Origin: Asterias rubens
Lineage: Eukaryota
Direction of reading: 5' to 3'
Assembly: GCF_902459465.1 (NCBI RefSeq)
Contig: NC_047083.1
Span: 6,448,001-6,512,000 of the forward strand
DNA length: 64,000 nucleotides
Part shown: in pieces, positions 49,759-59,429 of the stretch
Layout of the letters: each line of letters starts with the position of its first letter
Numbering within the stretch: the first letter of the stretch is position 1
Position numbers and translations under genes: made by a program
The notes under the pieces: model-generated
Database searches by the model: none
What the model was told of the DNA's origin: nothing
Seen by the model: the letters and a program-made list of their open reading frames with translations, nothing else

Positions 49759-51568
49759 GTGGCGCTCGGCTTGGATATTTATGGTTGTAATATTACTTTA
49801 ATTAATTTATATGGTCCTAACAAAGATGATCGTAATTTTTATGAAACTGTGAATGGTATTATTACTGATTACGATAATCCACACACAATTATCTGCGGAG
49901 ATTGGAATTTGGTATTGGATGTCAGAATTGATTGTTTTAATTATGTCAACATTAACAACCCGTTGGCTAGGCAGAGAGTGTTGGATTTGTGTTACCAATT
50001 AAATCTCATTGATCCCTGGCGCATTCAAAATCCAGAGTCTAAGAAATACACTTGGAGGCAAAACTCTCCATTAAAACAGTCCAGGCTCGATTTCTTTTTA
50101 ATTTCTTCAGAGTTGAACACTAAACTAGCCTCTTTCGATATTAAACCGGGTTATCGCACTGATCATTCAATGGTTGATTTGCAACTCGATTTTAATCAGG
50201 TAGAAAGAGGTGTTGGTTATTGGAAATTTAATAATTCTCTTCTTATGGATGCGATTTATGTTGACCAGGTTAAAACCACCATTAGAGAGATTGTCGATCA
50301 GTATGCCGCCTCGCCCTATCAACGTTCAAATCTGAGTGACATTCATCCTAAGGATGTTAATTTTATTATTAATGATCAACTTTTTCTTGAAATGTTACTG
50401 ATGGAGATTAGAACTAAGACCATTTCCTATGCCGCCTGGAAGAACAAAAATTCACGTAAGGCTGAATCAAACCTTGAAAAAGAAATTACAGTTCTATCCG
50501 AGAAAGTTGCCAAGGGAGAGGTTGCATCAAACGAAATGTTAAAATAAAAGCAGGCTGATCTCGTTAACCTTCGTAAGAAAAAAATGGAAGGCGTTTTAAT
50601 ACGGTCAAAAACTAGGTGGATGGAACAAGGGAAAAAGCCTTCCAAGTATTTCCTTAATATGGAGAAACGTAATTGTGTAAATAGAAGCATTAGTCGTGTT
50701 GTTACAGATAATAATAGTGTGCTGACGAGCTCGTGTAGTATCCTTAATGAAGCTAGGCTTTTTTTTTACAAAAAACTGTACTCTTCCTCTGATACAAACG
50801 ACAGGGCTAATTTGCAACATTTGTTTAGCATATATGATTCTGCAGTTCTTTCTAACTTGACTCGGGATCGTTTGGAGGGTCCGTTGTCATATCAAGAAAT
50901 TTTGAACGCCCTGAAAAGGAGTAAAAACGGAAAGTCTCCGGGGTCAGATGGTTTTAGCTTTGAAATTTTTAAATTCTTTTTCTGAGATTTGGCATGGTTT
51001 CTATTGCGGTCTCTGAATTTTGGCTACGAAACAGGAAGTTTTTCAGTCACCCAGCAATGTGTGATTTTCACCCTATTACCAAAAGGGGATAAACCCCGTC
51101 AATTCTTGAAGAACTGGAGACCCATTTCCCTATTAAATATTACGTACAAACTGGCCTCTTCTTGTATAGCAGAGAGAATTAAAACATGCCTTCGTTCTAT
51201 TATACATGAACAACAAAAAGTTTTTTTGCAAGGTCGCTATATAGGGGAAAACATTCGTTTAATGTATGATTTGCTTAACTACACAGACAACAACAACAAT
51301 CGTGGTATGTTTCTTTTAGTTGATTTTGAGAAAGCCTTTGATTCGGTCTCCCATGACTTTATTCTCCAGATTCTTGAGCTGTTTAATTTTGGCCCTTCAA
51401 TACAAAATTGGTTCCAAGTGTTGTACAATGGTGCAAAAGCCTCTGTATTGAGAAATGGTTTCTTGTCAGAATCTTTTCAAATTGAGCGGGGTTGCCGGCA
51501 AGGTGACGGCTTAAGCCCTTATTTGTTCCTTTTGTGTGCCGAAATTCTGGGCAAAATGGTTCGCAAGG
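49759..51568 (+). mobile_element. Tx1/L1-clade LINE ORF2 fragment (APE endonuclease C-half plus RT N-half), truncated
   Basis: NLYGPN, GDWN, DPWR, YTW, SRLDFFLIS, TDHS, WKFNNSLL; KSPGSDG, WRPISLLN, DFEKAFDSV, GCRQGDGLSP. One frame with two in-frame stops (50545, 50983); ends before YADD at the DIRS left end. Confidence 0.92.
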
Positions 51569-51900
51569 TCTACTTCACTCTACTTACCTGTAGAGCGAAT
51601 ACTACAATTGCATTGTTCCCTATGCCGGCAGGCAAATAGCTAAGAGTTTTACACACAATAGCGCCCTCAAGAGTCCCATCCCCAACGCCCTGTGACATGC
51701 GCAACACGTCGGCGTCCTCTTTTTCTCTTAGCCGGCAAAGACAGCGGACGTGAGTACGTGAATTGTCCGTATTGAGGTAGATTCTTTGCCCCTTTTAGCT
51801 TATAAGAGTGTAATTTAGACAGATATCCGATAGAAAATAAAGGATAGTCTGTAAGAGAATTTCTTGTAGAGTTGTGTGAATTTCTTGAAGTGAGTTAATT

Positions 51901-54144
51901 ATGAGTTATAAGAAATCGGGGAGGACAGGGTTTGTCGTTGAAGGTGGGACCTACATCCCTCCGAGACAGCCCGAGTCCTCGGGGGATTGCGGCGGTGACA
52001 TTACGTCGCCGCCAAAGCAATCTCCCAGTCAGCCCCCTCAGCCACAGCCGGCTGCCGGGGCTGACGGATCTGTAACCGGCCGAACGGGGGACCTTACGGT
52101 CTCGCCGTCTCCGCCGGGATCCGCCCGACAGAAGGGGAAACGCCCCGGTAAGGCCAAAAAATCGCTCAGTACCGGGGCGACACCCAAAAAGGGACGAGTT
52201 GGTAAGCGGGACTCCACTACGGGGCCCGCCCCATCGATCCCAGGCCAGCCAGCGGGGCACGCACAGCCGGAGGGGGTACCCCTCCACGGCTCGGTGCACC
52301 CAGGGCTGGGTACAGGGCATGCACAGCCGGAGAAATTACCTCTCCACGGCTCAGTGCACCCGGCCCCCCACAGTGCACACGCAAGTACCGCGGTGCCCAG
52401 GGATGGCCTTTTATACCGCCGCCCTGACCAGGCAGCCTGCGCTATCGGGCTTGGGGCAATGGCGGTCGCCAAAGAGATTGGCAACGGGGTACAGACCCCT
52501 TGGGGCCCCGTCGGAACGCTACGTTCCGAAGGGTCGCCCTCTACTTCAGGGTTTACCCGCTGCTCGGGTATTCCCGCCCCGCAGCCGACCTCCGACACTA
52601 CAACGGAGTCTGCTCGGGGACGCCCCTCCAAAAAGGGCAAGAAAGCCCGCCCTCGTAGCCCCAGCTCGAGCGGCTCCACCTCTGGTCGCCCCCACCGTGA
52701 CAAACGTCACAAGGGCGGGGACCCGATCTCGAGGGAGGAATTTTTGGAAGCTTTTCACACCCTCGCGGCCTCAATTACGGGTCGTCGCGAGGGTGGTGGA
52801 CAAGGCCCCTCTGACTTGGCCACCGAACCGGTGCCCCACAGTCAGCACGGCCATGGGTGGCTTGCGCCGGGCCAACGGGGACTCCCCCACACGGCTAGCC
52901 GTGCGCCGGATTCCCCCCCGGGTTTGCCACAACCGCCCGCTAACCCATACGTTCAGGGGCGGCTGGCTACCACCCAATGGGGACCCCCTCAGGGAGGCCC
53001 GCCATGCATCAGCCTGCACCCGTCGGCGGCCTTTGAATCCGACCATGGGCGCCGTGATGATGCCGGTTCGGAATCCCGTTCTTCGATGACATCTCGTCCC
53101 TCCGACTCGGCCGACTCGGCCAATGAGGAGGACGAGTTGGTCACCTCCATTCAACGATTGTCAGTCTCCGAGACCGAGCTACGCTTGGTTCAGAGAGATA
53201 TGATAAGAGTTATGAATCTCCCCTGTGAGCCGGAACCCCCCTCCGACGAACGCCAATCGTTCAAAAAGAGGGCGGGCCCCGCAACGGGCGCAGCTAAACC
53301 CTTCCCGGTGATGCCCTTGGATCGGGTGTGCAGCGACAGGATGGATGGGGTAATGGGAACAAAAAAATGGACCCCGTACTCCAAACGTACGGAGCCGTAT
53401 TACCGTTTCCCTCCAGCGGATTTTCAGAAATATTTCGCCACTCCCGTTCTGCCAGACTCAGCCTCCGACAAGCTGATCGCGGACAGGGGATCATCATCTT
53501 CCAAGCTTCCGTTTGCGGACAAGATCCGCGGCAAATTGGAGGACGTCGCCCGGAAAATGGATTCTTCGGCACGCATGGGTATGCGCACAACATCCTTTCT
53601 CCTGCTCCTAACAGAATATCTGGAGCAGGGGTGCGACGAGGAAAACATGGTGCCGGCGGACATGATGATTGCGGCCCTTCATTGTTTGGACAACGGTCTT
53701 TGTTCCATCCTCGACCAGTTCACTAAGATCACGACCCTGGCGACGACGTCACGCCGCGCCAATGTGCTAGATGCACTTTTCCTACCATCAGCCGGGGCGC
53801 GTAAACGCCTCGACGATCTACCACTCACCGGCGTCGACTTATTTTCTGGGCAGTTTCAGACGTCCATGGAGGCTGAAGCGAAGCGCCTCAAAGCCACGGA
53901 CAAAATCAATCTGAAAAAGCCCAACGCCCCGCCTAAAGCCGTGGGTAACAAGGCGAAGAAACAACCTTCATTCGTCATCCCCCGCCGCCGCCAACAAAAG
54001 TCGACCCGTGGCAGTTTTCGTGGCCGCGCCGATAACACAGCGGGCGCACGTTACCCACAGACTCAACCTGGCCAACCACGCACCCAGTCGGGTCGTGGTT
54101 TCCGAGCGCCCGCCCCCCGTTATACCGGGGCGTGGCGCAAGTGA
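51901..54144 (+). CDS. DIRS ORF1, gag-like protein (747 aa)
   Basis: Long intact ORF upstream of RT; low-complexity N-half, helical C-half with RRANVL...R..L..LP.TG..LFSG motif typical of DIRS gag. Confidence 0.85.
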   Translation: MSYKKSGRTGFVVEGGTYIPPRQPESSGDCGGDITSPPKQSPSQPPQPQPAAGADGSVTGRTGDLTVSPSPPGSARQKGKRPGKAKKSLSTGATPKKGRVGKRDSTTGPAPSIPGQPAGHAQPEGVPLHGSVHPGLGTGHAQPEKLPLHGSVHPAPHSAHASTAVPRDGLLYRRPDQAACAIGLGAMAVAKEIGNGVQTPWGPVGTLRSEGSPSTSGFTRCSGIPAPQPTSDTTTESARGRPSKKGKKARPRSPSSSGSTSGRPHRDKRHKGGDPISREEFLEAFHTLAASITGRREGGGQGPSDLATEPVPHSQHGHGWLAPGQRGLPHTASRAPDSPPGLPQPPANPYVQGRLATTQWGPPQGGPPCISLHPSAAFESDHGRRDDAGSESRSSMTSRPSDSADSANEEDELVTSIQRLSVSETELRLVQRDMIRVMNLPCEPEPPSDERQSFKKRAGPATGAAKPFPVMPLDRVCSDRMDGVMGTKKWTPYSKRTEPYYRFPPADFQKYFATPVLPDSASDKLIADRGSSSSKLPFADKIRGKLEDVARKMDSSARMGMRTTSFLLLLTEYLEQGCDEENMVPADMMIAALHCLDNGLCSILDQFTKITTLATTSRRANVLDALFLPSAGARKRLDDLPLTGVDLFSGQFQTSMEAEAKRLKATDKINLKKPNAPPKAVGNKAKKQPSFVIPRRRQQKSTRGSFRGRADNTAGARYPQTQPGQPRTQSGRGFRAPAPRYTGAWRK

Positions 54145-56215
54145 CTTGACAAACTCCGCGCGGCCTCCCACCGACGGACCCGTGGGGGGCCGCCTCCGGA
54201 ACTTTCTGGGGTCCTGGGGGCAAGTGACCTCCGACCGGTGGGTCCTCGAAACAATCGGCCGCGGTTACGCGCTCGAGTTTACGAGGACCCCCCCGTCGGA
54301 CATGCTCAGCCGGCCGACACCCGTGCCGTCCGACTTGGCAAAGCGCCGCTCCCTCGAGGGGGAAATAAACGCCCTCCTCCTCAAGGGGGCGGTGCGTATC
54401 GTCCCCCGTTCTGGGACTCAGACGGGCTTCATGTCAACCTTCTTCTTGACTCCCAAGAAGGAGGCTGGCGTGTGGCGCCCGATTTTGAACTTAAAACCCC
54501 TCAACAAGTTCATCCGTCCGAAGCGTTTCCGTATGGAGACGCTCAGGACTATACTGAGTTCCATAGTGCCACCCGCATGGGCGGCGAGTATCGACCTGAA
54601 GGACGCATACCTACACGTCCCAGTCAGGCCGGAGCACCACAAATTCCTACGTTTCCTATACAACGATACCCTGTACGAATTTGTGGTGCTCCCATTCGGA
54701 CTCTCCACCGCACCGCGGGTGTTCACCCGCATTGCAAAGACAATCGGGGCGGCACTGCGGAGGCGGGGCATCATGATATTTATATATCTGGACGACTGGC
54801 TGGTCGTGGGCCCTTCTCGGGAGGAGACGGAGGCAGCGCTCCAATATACCTGGCGCCTGACCTCCGACCTCGGATTTATAATCAATACCGAGAAATCCCA
54901 CCTTATCCCCTCGCAGGTTCCCACCTTTCTGGGTGCGTCTCTCGACCTGCGCAGGGGATTGGCCCGCCCTTCGGAGGAACGCCTACTGAACCTTCGGCAG
55001 TGCGTTTCTCTCTTCCTCCCAGCAGTGGTGGCCCCAGCGCTGGCCTGGCTCAGACTGTTGGGCCTTATGGCCAGCATGGTGGATTTGGTGGACTTCTGCA
55101 GGTTGAGGATGAGGCCCATCCAACTTCACCTGCTCTCCTTTTACAGGCCCATCCGTCACCAAATCCACCACCTGGTGCCGACAACGCCCTGGCTAGTCCC
55201 CCACCTTCGCTGGTGGCTAGCCGATGCGAACATCTCGCAGGGCCGGGCCTTTCGTCCGCCCCCGCCGTCGGTGACCGTCACGACCGACGCGTCACTCCTC
55301 GGCTGGGGGGCAACCCTCCACCCGCGTCAAATCGCAGGCGTGTGGGGTTCCGAACACCGATCGGCCCACATCAATGTCCTGGAAATGTTGGCAGTCTCCA
55401 ACGCACTACGGCATTTCCAGTCGGACGTCAGGGACCGTGCGGTTCTGGTGAGATGCGACAACGCCACAGTCGTGGCCTACATCAATCACCAGGGGGGCAC
55501 CCGGTCGGGTCGCCTGTGTGCACTGGCCTGGGACCTCATCCACTGGTGCACACAGCCGGGAACAGCACTATCAGCAGTGTACATTCCGGGCGTAGAGAAC
55601 GTCACAGCCGACGCTCTCTCAAGGGGCTGGATTGCCCCCACGGAGTGGTCCCTTCTCCCACAGGTGGCTCGGTCGCTCTTCCACTTGATCGACCGACCAC
55701 ACGTGGACCTGTTCGCCTCCCATGCGAACCACCAGTTGCCGATCTACTGCGCAAGGGGCCCAGACCCCAACGCATGGAAGATCGACGCTCTATCAGTAGA
55801 GTGGGACGGCCTACTGGCTTATGCATTCCCACCCATCTCGCTCGTCTCTCGGGTTCTGACCAAGATCGAGCAAGAGGATTGCCGGGTCCTTCTCATAGCC
55901 CCGTTCTGGCCCCGGCAACCGTGGTTCCCACGACTCATCAGGTTACTGGTCCACCGTCCGGTGATCCTACCAGGGCGAGCGGATCTCCTGTACCAGCCCA
56001 GTTCGGGGATGGCCCATTCGGCTCCGGGGGATCTTCACCTGACGTGCTGGGTGCTGTCACGCGATCCCTCCGCTCAGCAGGCCTTTCGCAACGGGCTGCA
56101 ACAATCGCAGCCCAGTCACGACGGGCCTCCACCAGGAAGGTATACAACAGCCGACTACGCCATTTCTTTAAATGGTGTGGCCGGGAATCCCTCCATCCTA
56201 CCAATACTTCTGTAG
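54008..56215 (+). CDS. DIRS ORF2: reverse transcriptase, RNase H and Dam-like methyltransferase domain
   Basis: WRPILNLKPLN, SIDLKDAYLHVP, LPFGLSTAPRVFT, YLDD; RNase H TTDASLLGWG, HINVLE, RCDNATVVAYINHQGGT, N..ADALSR; MT-like VDLFAS...DAL...W...AYAFPP. True start unknown. Confidence 0.95.
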   Translation: MAVFVAAPITQRAHVTHRLNLANHAPSRVVVSERPPPVIPGRGASDLTNSARPPTDGPVGGRLRNFLGSWGQVTSDRWVLETIGRGYALEFTRTPPSDMLSRPTPVPSDLAKRRSLEGEINALLLKGAVRIVPRSGTQTGFMSTFFLTPKKEAGVWRPILNLKPLNKFIRPKRFRMETLRTILSSIVPPAWAASIDLKDAYLHVPVRPEHHKFLRFLYNDTLYEFVVLPFGLSTAPRVFTRIAKTIGAALRRRGIMIFIYLDDWLVVGPSREETEAALQYTWRLTSDLGFIINTEKSHLIPSQVPTFLGASLDLRRGLARPSEERLLNLRQCVSLFLPAVVAPALAWLRLLGLMASMVDLVDFCRLRMRPIQLHLLSFYRPIRHQIHHLVPTTPWLVPHLRWWLADANISQGRAFRPPPPSVTVTTDASLLGWGATLHPRQIAGVWGSEHRSAHINVLEMLAVSNALRHFQSDVRDRAVLVRCDNATVVAYINHQGGTRSGRLCALAWDLIHWCTQPGTALSAVYIPGVENVTADALSRGWIAPTEWSLLPQVARSLFHLIDRPHVDLFASHANHQLPIYCARGPDPNAWKIDALSVEWDGLLAYAFPPISLVSRVLTKIEQEDCRVLLIAPFWPRQPWFPRLIRLLVHRPVILPGRADLLYQPSSGMAHSAPGDLHLTCWVLSRDPSAQQAFRNGLQQSQPSHDGPPPGRYTTADYAISLNGVAGNPSILPILL

Positions 56216-57096
56216 GGGAGGTGGGGGACTTCCTGGTGTATCTCCTAGATAGCGGCCTGACGACTGATACGGTCAAAAATTACAGATCAGCCGTCGCCGC
56301 GATCCACCCCGGATTCCCAGACGGTTCCACCGTCTCAGACAACGGGGCCCTTAGCCAGTTGATCAAGGGGATGTTTGTCACCCGTCCCCCAGAACGCAAA
56401 CTCGTCCCGTCTTGGGATCTGTTTGACGTTCTGTCAACCTTGGCAGGGCCTCCTTACGAGCCTATGGATTGCTCCACACTCCTACAGCTCTCAGTCAAGT
56501 TGGCGTTTCTCCTGGCCGTCGCTACTTCGCGACGGCGCAGTGAGCTGCACGCCCTGTCGGTAGAGACCGGACATATCCGATGGGAACCAGGCGGAGTCCG
56601 CCTGGTCCCCACGACCGGCTTTTTAACAAAGAACCAGTCAAGTTCCTTCACGCCCCCGGACATTTTTGTCCCGGACATCAAGTCCTTTTCATCAGAGGCG
56701 AAGGACAAACTGTGGTGCCCCGTCCGGGCACTTAAGTGGTACTTGAATCGTACGAAGTCACTTCGTACGGACCATAAAAAGCTGTTTGTGACGACAACAC
56801 CGCCCTTTCGGCCGGCGTCACAGTGCACCATCTCACGATGGATCGTGACTGCCATCCGCTCCGTGCCGGGCGGCTGGCCGGCGACCGAGAATACGGTTCG
56901 GGCGCATGATGTTAGCGGGGTATCCGCCTCTTGGGCCTTCTTTAAAGGGGTTCCCTTAGCAGATATCACCAAGGCGGCCTGCTGGAAGTGTCCTAACACC
57001 TTCAGCGACCTCTACCTGAAGGATGTCCTCCAGACAGACGGCAGAGCCGGGAGAGAAGTGCTGAAGACGGCCAGTCAAGCTTCCCAGAAACACTAA
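54238..57096 (+). CDS. DIRS ORF3: tyrosine recombinase (conserved part ~56100-57096; long N-terminal extension overlaps ORF2)
   Basis: SAM-like VKNYRSAVAAIH, VPSWDL, LAVATSRRRSELHAL, CPVRALKWYL, AHDVSGVSASWA, TFSDLYLKDV. Confidence 0.92.
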   Translation: MGPRNNRPRLRARVYEDPPVGHAQPADTRAVRLGKAPLPRGGNKRPPPQGGGAYRPPFWDSDGLHVNLLLDSQEGGWRVAPDFELKTPQQVHPSEAFPYGDAQDYTEFHSATRMGGEYRPEGRIPTRPSQAGAPQIPTFPIQRYPVRICGAPIRTLHRTAGVHPHCKDNRGGTAEAGHHDIYISGRLAGRGPFSGGDGGSAPIYLAPDLRPRIYNQYREIPPYPLAGSHLSGCVSRPAQGIGPPFGGTPTEPSAVRFSLPPSSGGPSAGLAQTVGPYGQHGGFGGLLQVEDEAHPTSPALLLQAHPSPNPPPGADNALASPPPSLVASRCEHLAGPGLSSAPAVGDRHDRRVTPRLGGNPPPASNRRRVGFRTPIGPHQCPGNVGSLQRTTAFPVGRQGPCGSGEMRQRHSRGLHQSPGGHPVGSPVCTGLGPHPLVHTAGNSTISSVHSGRRERHSRRSLKGLDCPHGVVPSPTGGSVALPLDRPTTRGPVRLPCEPPVADLLRKGPRPQRMEDRRSISRVGRPTGLCIPTHLARLSGSDQDRARGLPGPSHSPVLAPATVVPTTHQVTGPPSGDPTRASGSPVPAQFGDGPFGSGGSSPDVLGAVTRSLRSAGLSQRAATIAAQSRRASTRKVYNSRLRHFFKWCGRESLHPTNTSVGEVGDFLVYLLDSGLTTDTVKNYRSAVAAIHPGFPDGSTVSDNGALSQLIKGMFVTRPPERKLVPSWDLFDVLSTLAGPPYEPMDCSTLLQLSVKLAFLLAVATSRRRSELHALSVETGHIRWEPGGVRLVPTTGFLTKNQSSSFTPPDIFVPDIKSFSSEAKDKLWCPVRALKWYLNRTKSLRTDHKKLFVTTTPPFRPASQCTISRWIVTAIRSVPGGWPATENTVRAHDVSGVSASWAFFKGVPLADITKAACWKCPNTFSDLYLKDVLQTDGRAGREVLKTASQASQKH

Positions 57097-58405
57097 CTGG
57101 TGAGTCCACTTTCCTCTCTTATACATGTAATAATTTATATATTACCTATGTGCATTGGACATTTAACGAGGTGTACCTATTATGTTTTTACCCCATAATG
57201 GCGATACCCCCCTAAGGTCTTGCGCACGATTCGCGGGCCCCCAGGGCCGCGCGCGTCGTTCTCGCGGTTCCACGCGCTTGGACCGACCTGTTAACCCTGG
57301 TCCGGCCCTCTGTTGCGTAGCCCGTCTCTGGCCCCTTGGCGCCCGCTTACCGGCGGGCAGTCTAGGGCCCTCCTTGGGGTTCTTAGGCACGCCCCGTGTC
57401 CTACGCCCCTGTAGACATACGATAGCCTGCGTATACCCACCGCCTACTCGGTGCGAGTCTATGCAATTGTAGTATTCGCTCTACAGGTAAGTAGAGTGAA
57501 GTAGACCCCCACCCCACAGTAGTGTGGGTGGGTCTACGAGCGAATACTTACCTCCTACCCCACTATACGAGTGGTTCTTGAGTACTTAGGCGCGTATCGC
57601 TTGACGAAAAAGAGGACGCCGACGTGTTGCGCATGTCACAGGGCGTTGGGGATGGGACTCTTGAGGGCGCTATTGTGTGTAAAACTCTTAGCTATTTGCC
57701 TGCCGGCATAGGGAACAATGCAATTGTAGTATTCGCTCTACAGGTAAGTATTTTTTAAAAAAAATAATGGGACTCTTTCAAACTATTGGTTCAAGGTTAA
57801 CTTTGTATTTTGTTTATTTCTTTGATGTTAATATTACGTATTTTCAGCGTGTTTGTAATATGAGGAGTGGTCTTAAGTGTAAATAAAAAATTCCTCCGTG
57901 AATAAAAAAAAAAAAAAAAAATACCTTTACCTTCATAATGTAAATTTGAAAACGACATTTTGGTAGCTTTGCCCTCGCCTCTCGTCACTCGTACGCGATT
58001 TATGCGTTGTTTTCTACCGATGTTAATGGGCCAATTTAATAAATGAAACTAACATCTTGTTTCTGCCTCTCATAACAGCTAAACGCGCGCGACTATGTTG
58101 GAACATGGAAGAATAAATTAGATATTCATCCATGGTTGGAACCAGACTGAATGATTCTGCCGCAGACGACATTCACTTCAGTGCATTCGCTCAACTTTTC
58201 GGGCTCTTTCACTATGAATAATTGTATCGTTTTTTTAATAACGAATTTTGAAAAGATTTTGTTTTAAAATGTTCTCGAATATATATAACTTCACAAAAGT
58301 TGTTCTTTTATTTTGTGTTCCTGGCATGGGCGTCAATTTGACTTGAAATAGGGGGGGGGGGGCTTCGGGATTCTTATCATTTACGGCGTGGGGTCCGGAA
58401 CCCAC

Positions 58406-59174
58406 TTAAAGGATTCGGATACTTTTTCAAAATGTCCACAGATTTACATTAAACTTACAGGGTTTGAAGATAATGATAGTGGAAAGCTTCCCTTCAAATA
58501 ATATGTACTAAGGTTGTGTAGTTTTTGAGAAATGAGTAAAACAAGTCACAAAACAATTTTGGTCTCATGAGTTGGCACGGTTGGCTTGTGCGTAAAGCAC
58601 TCGCCTCTCACCAAGGTGACCCCGGTTCGATTCCCGGTCGGGGCCATAATTATGTGAGTTGAGTTGTGCGTTGGTTCTCTGCTGTGCCACGAGGGTTTTC
58701 CAGACAATCCGGTTTTCCTCCCTCAGGAAAAAATCAAACACTTTCGATCTTGGCTGTGCTCCGTGGTCATAATGTGTTGATGTGGCTGGCAGCTAAATGC
58801 GCCCTTGCATGCCTGCTTCTCGAACACGTTGTAGCCGCGTCCTTCGCAATTCAGCTCTTAGCTGCGAGTAAGAATGATTAGCCCCCAAAATTATTATTAT
58901 TATTATATGAGACCAAAACTATTTTAGCATGTAAAATCCCCTTTACCAGTTATGATATTATACCAAAACCATAGCATAACTGGTTAATACGTTTTTACAT
59001 GCTAAAACTGAGACGAAAATTATTACTTTTACTCATTTCTCAAAAACTACAGCACCGCAGTAAGTAAAGTTTCAAGGGAAGTTTTTTACTATTATAATCT
59101 TCAAACTGTGTAAGTTTAATATAAATCTGTGGACATTGTGTTTTTTTTTAGCAAAAAGTGCATATACCCTTTAA
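58406..59174. mobile_element. TTAA-flanked non-autonomous element (family 4) carrying a nested SINE
   Basis: ttaaaggattcggatactttt ... aaaagtgcatataccctttaa; interior aatgtccacagatttacattaaacttac also at 28550 and in reverse at 43250-43300. Confidence 0.7.
58572..58907 (+). mobile_element. tRNA-derived SINE family B
   Basis: ggcacggttggc A box, ggttcgattccc B box, (tta)n tail; reverse copy at 62885-63215. Confidence 0.85.
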
Positions 59175-59429
59175 GTGCCCCGGGAATATGTCTTAATGCT
59201 CCCTGGTGCAGTCTAGGCCTTTGAAGAGAAATCTTTTGAACCTACTGATGATCTGTAATGATTCAAAGTTAGGAATTAGTGCAGTAGAAGTTAGTGCGAG
59301 TTTTTTAACAGTGATAGGTCTAGTGTGTTCATTTTAGGAACTGATAACACGCACTTCAGATAATTAATTTGTATAGACTTTTGTTTTCTCGTACAAAGTT
59401 TATTTTAAATTATTTGGAGCAATTTATCA

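Larger units (their letters stand above)
51567..57752 (+). mobile_element. DIRS1-type tyrosine-recombinase retrotransposon, near complete
   Basis: 145-bp inverted terminal repeats (51581-51725 / 57606-57750), internal complementary region (57461-57552), and gag, RT/RH/MT and YR ORFs in overlapping frames. Confidence 0.96.

Noticed and set aside
52038-56999. Antisense ORFs within the DIRS element
   Set aside because: Expected shadow ORFs in GC-rich coding DNA; no recognisable motifs.
58572-58650. tRNA genes (also 1176, 8325, 22418, 63140)
   Set aside because: A/B boxes are present but continue into shared SINE bodies and tails, and the stems are degenerate.
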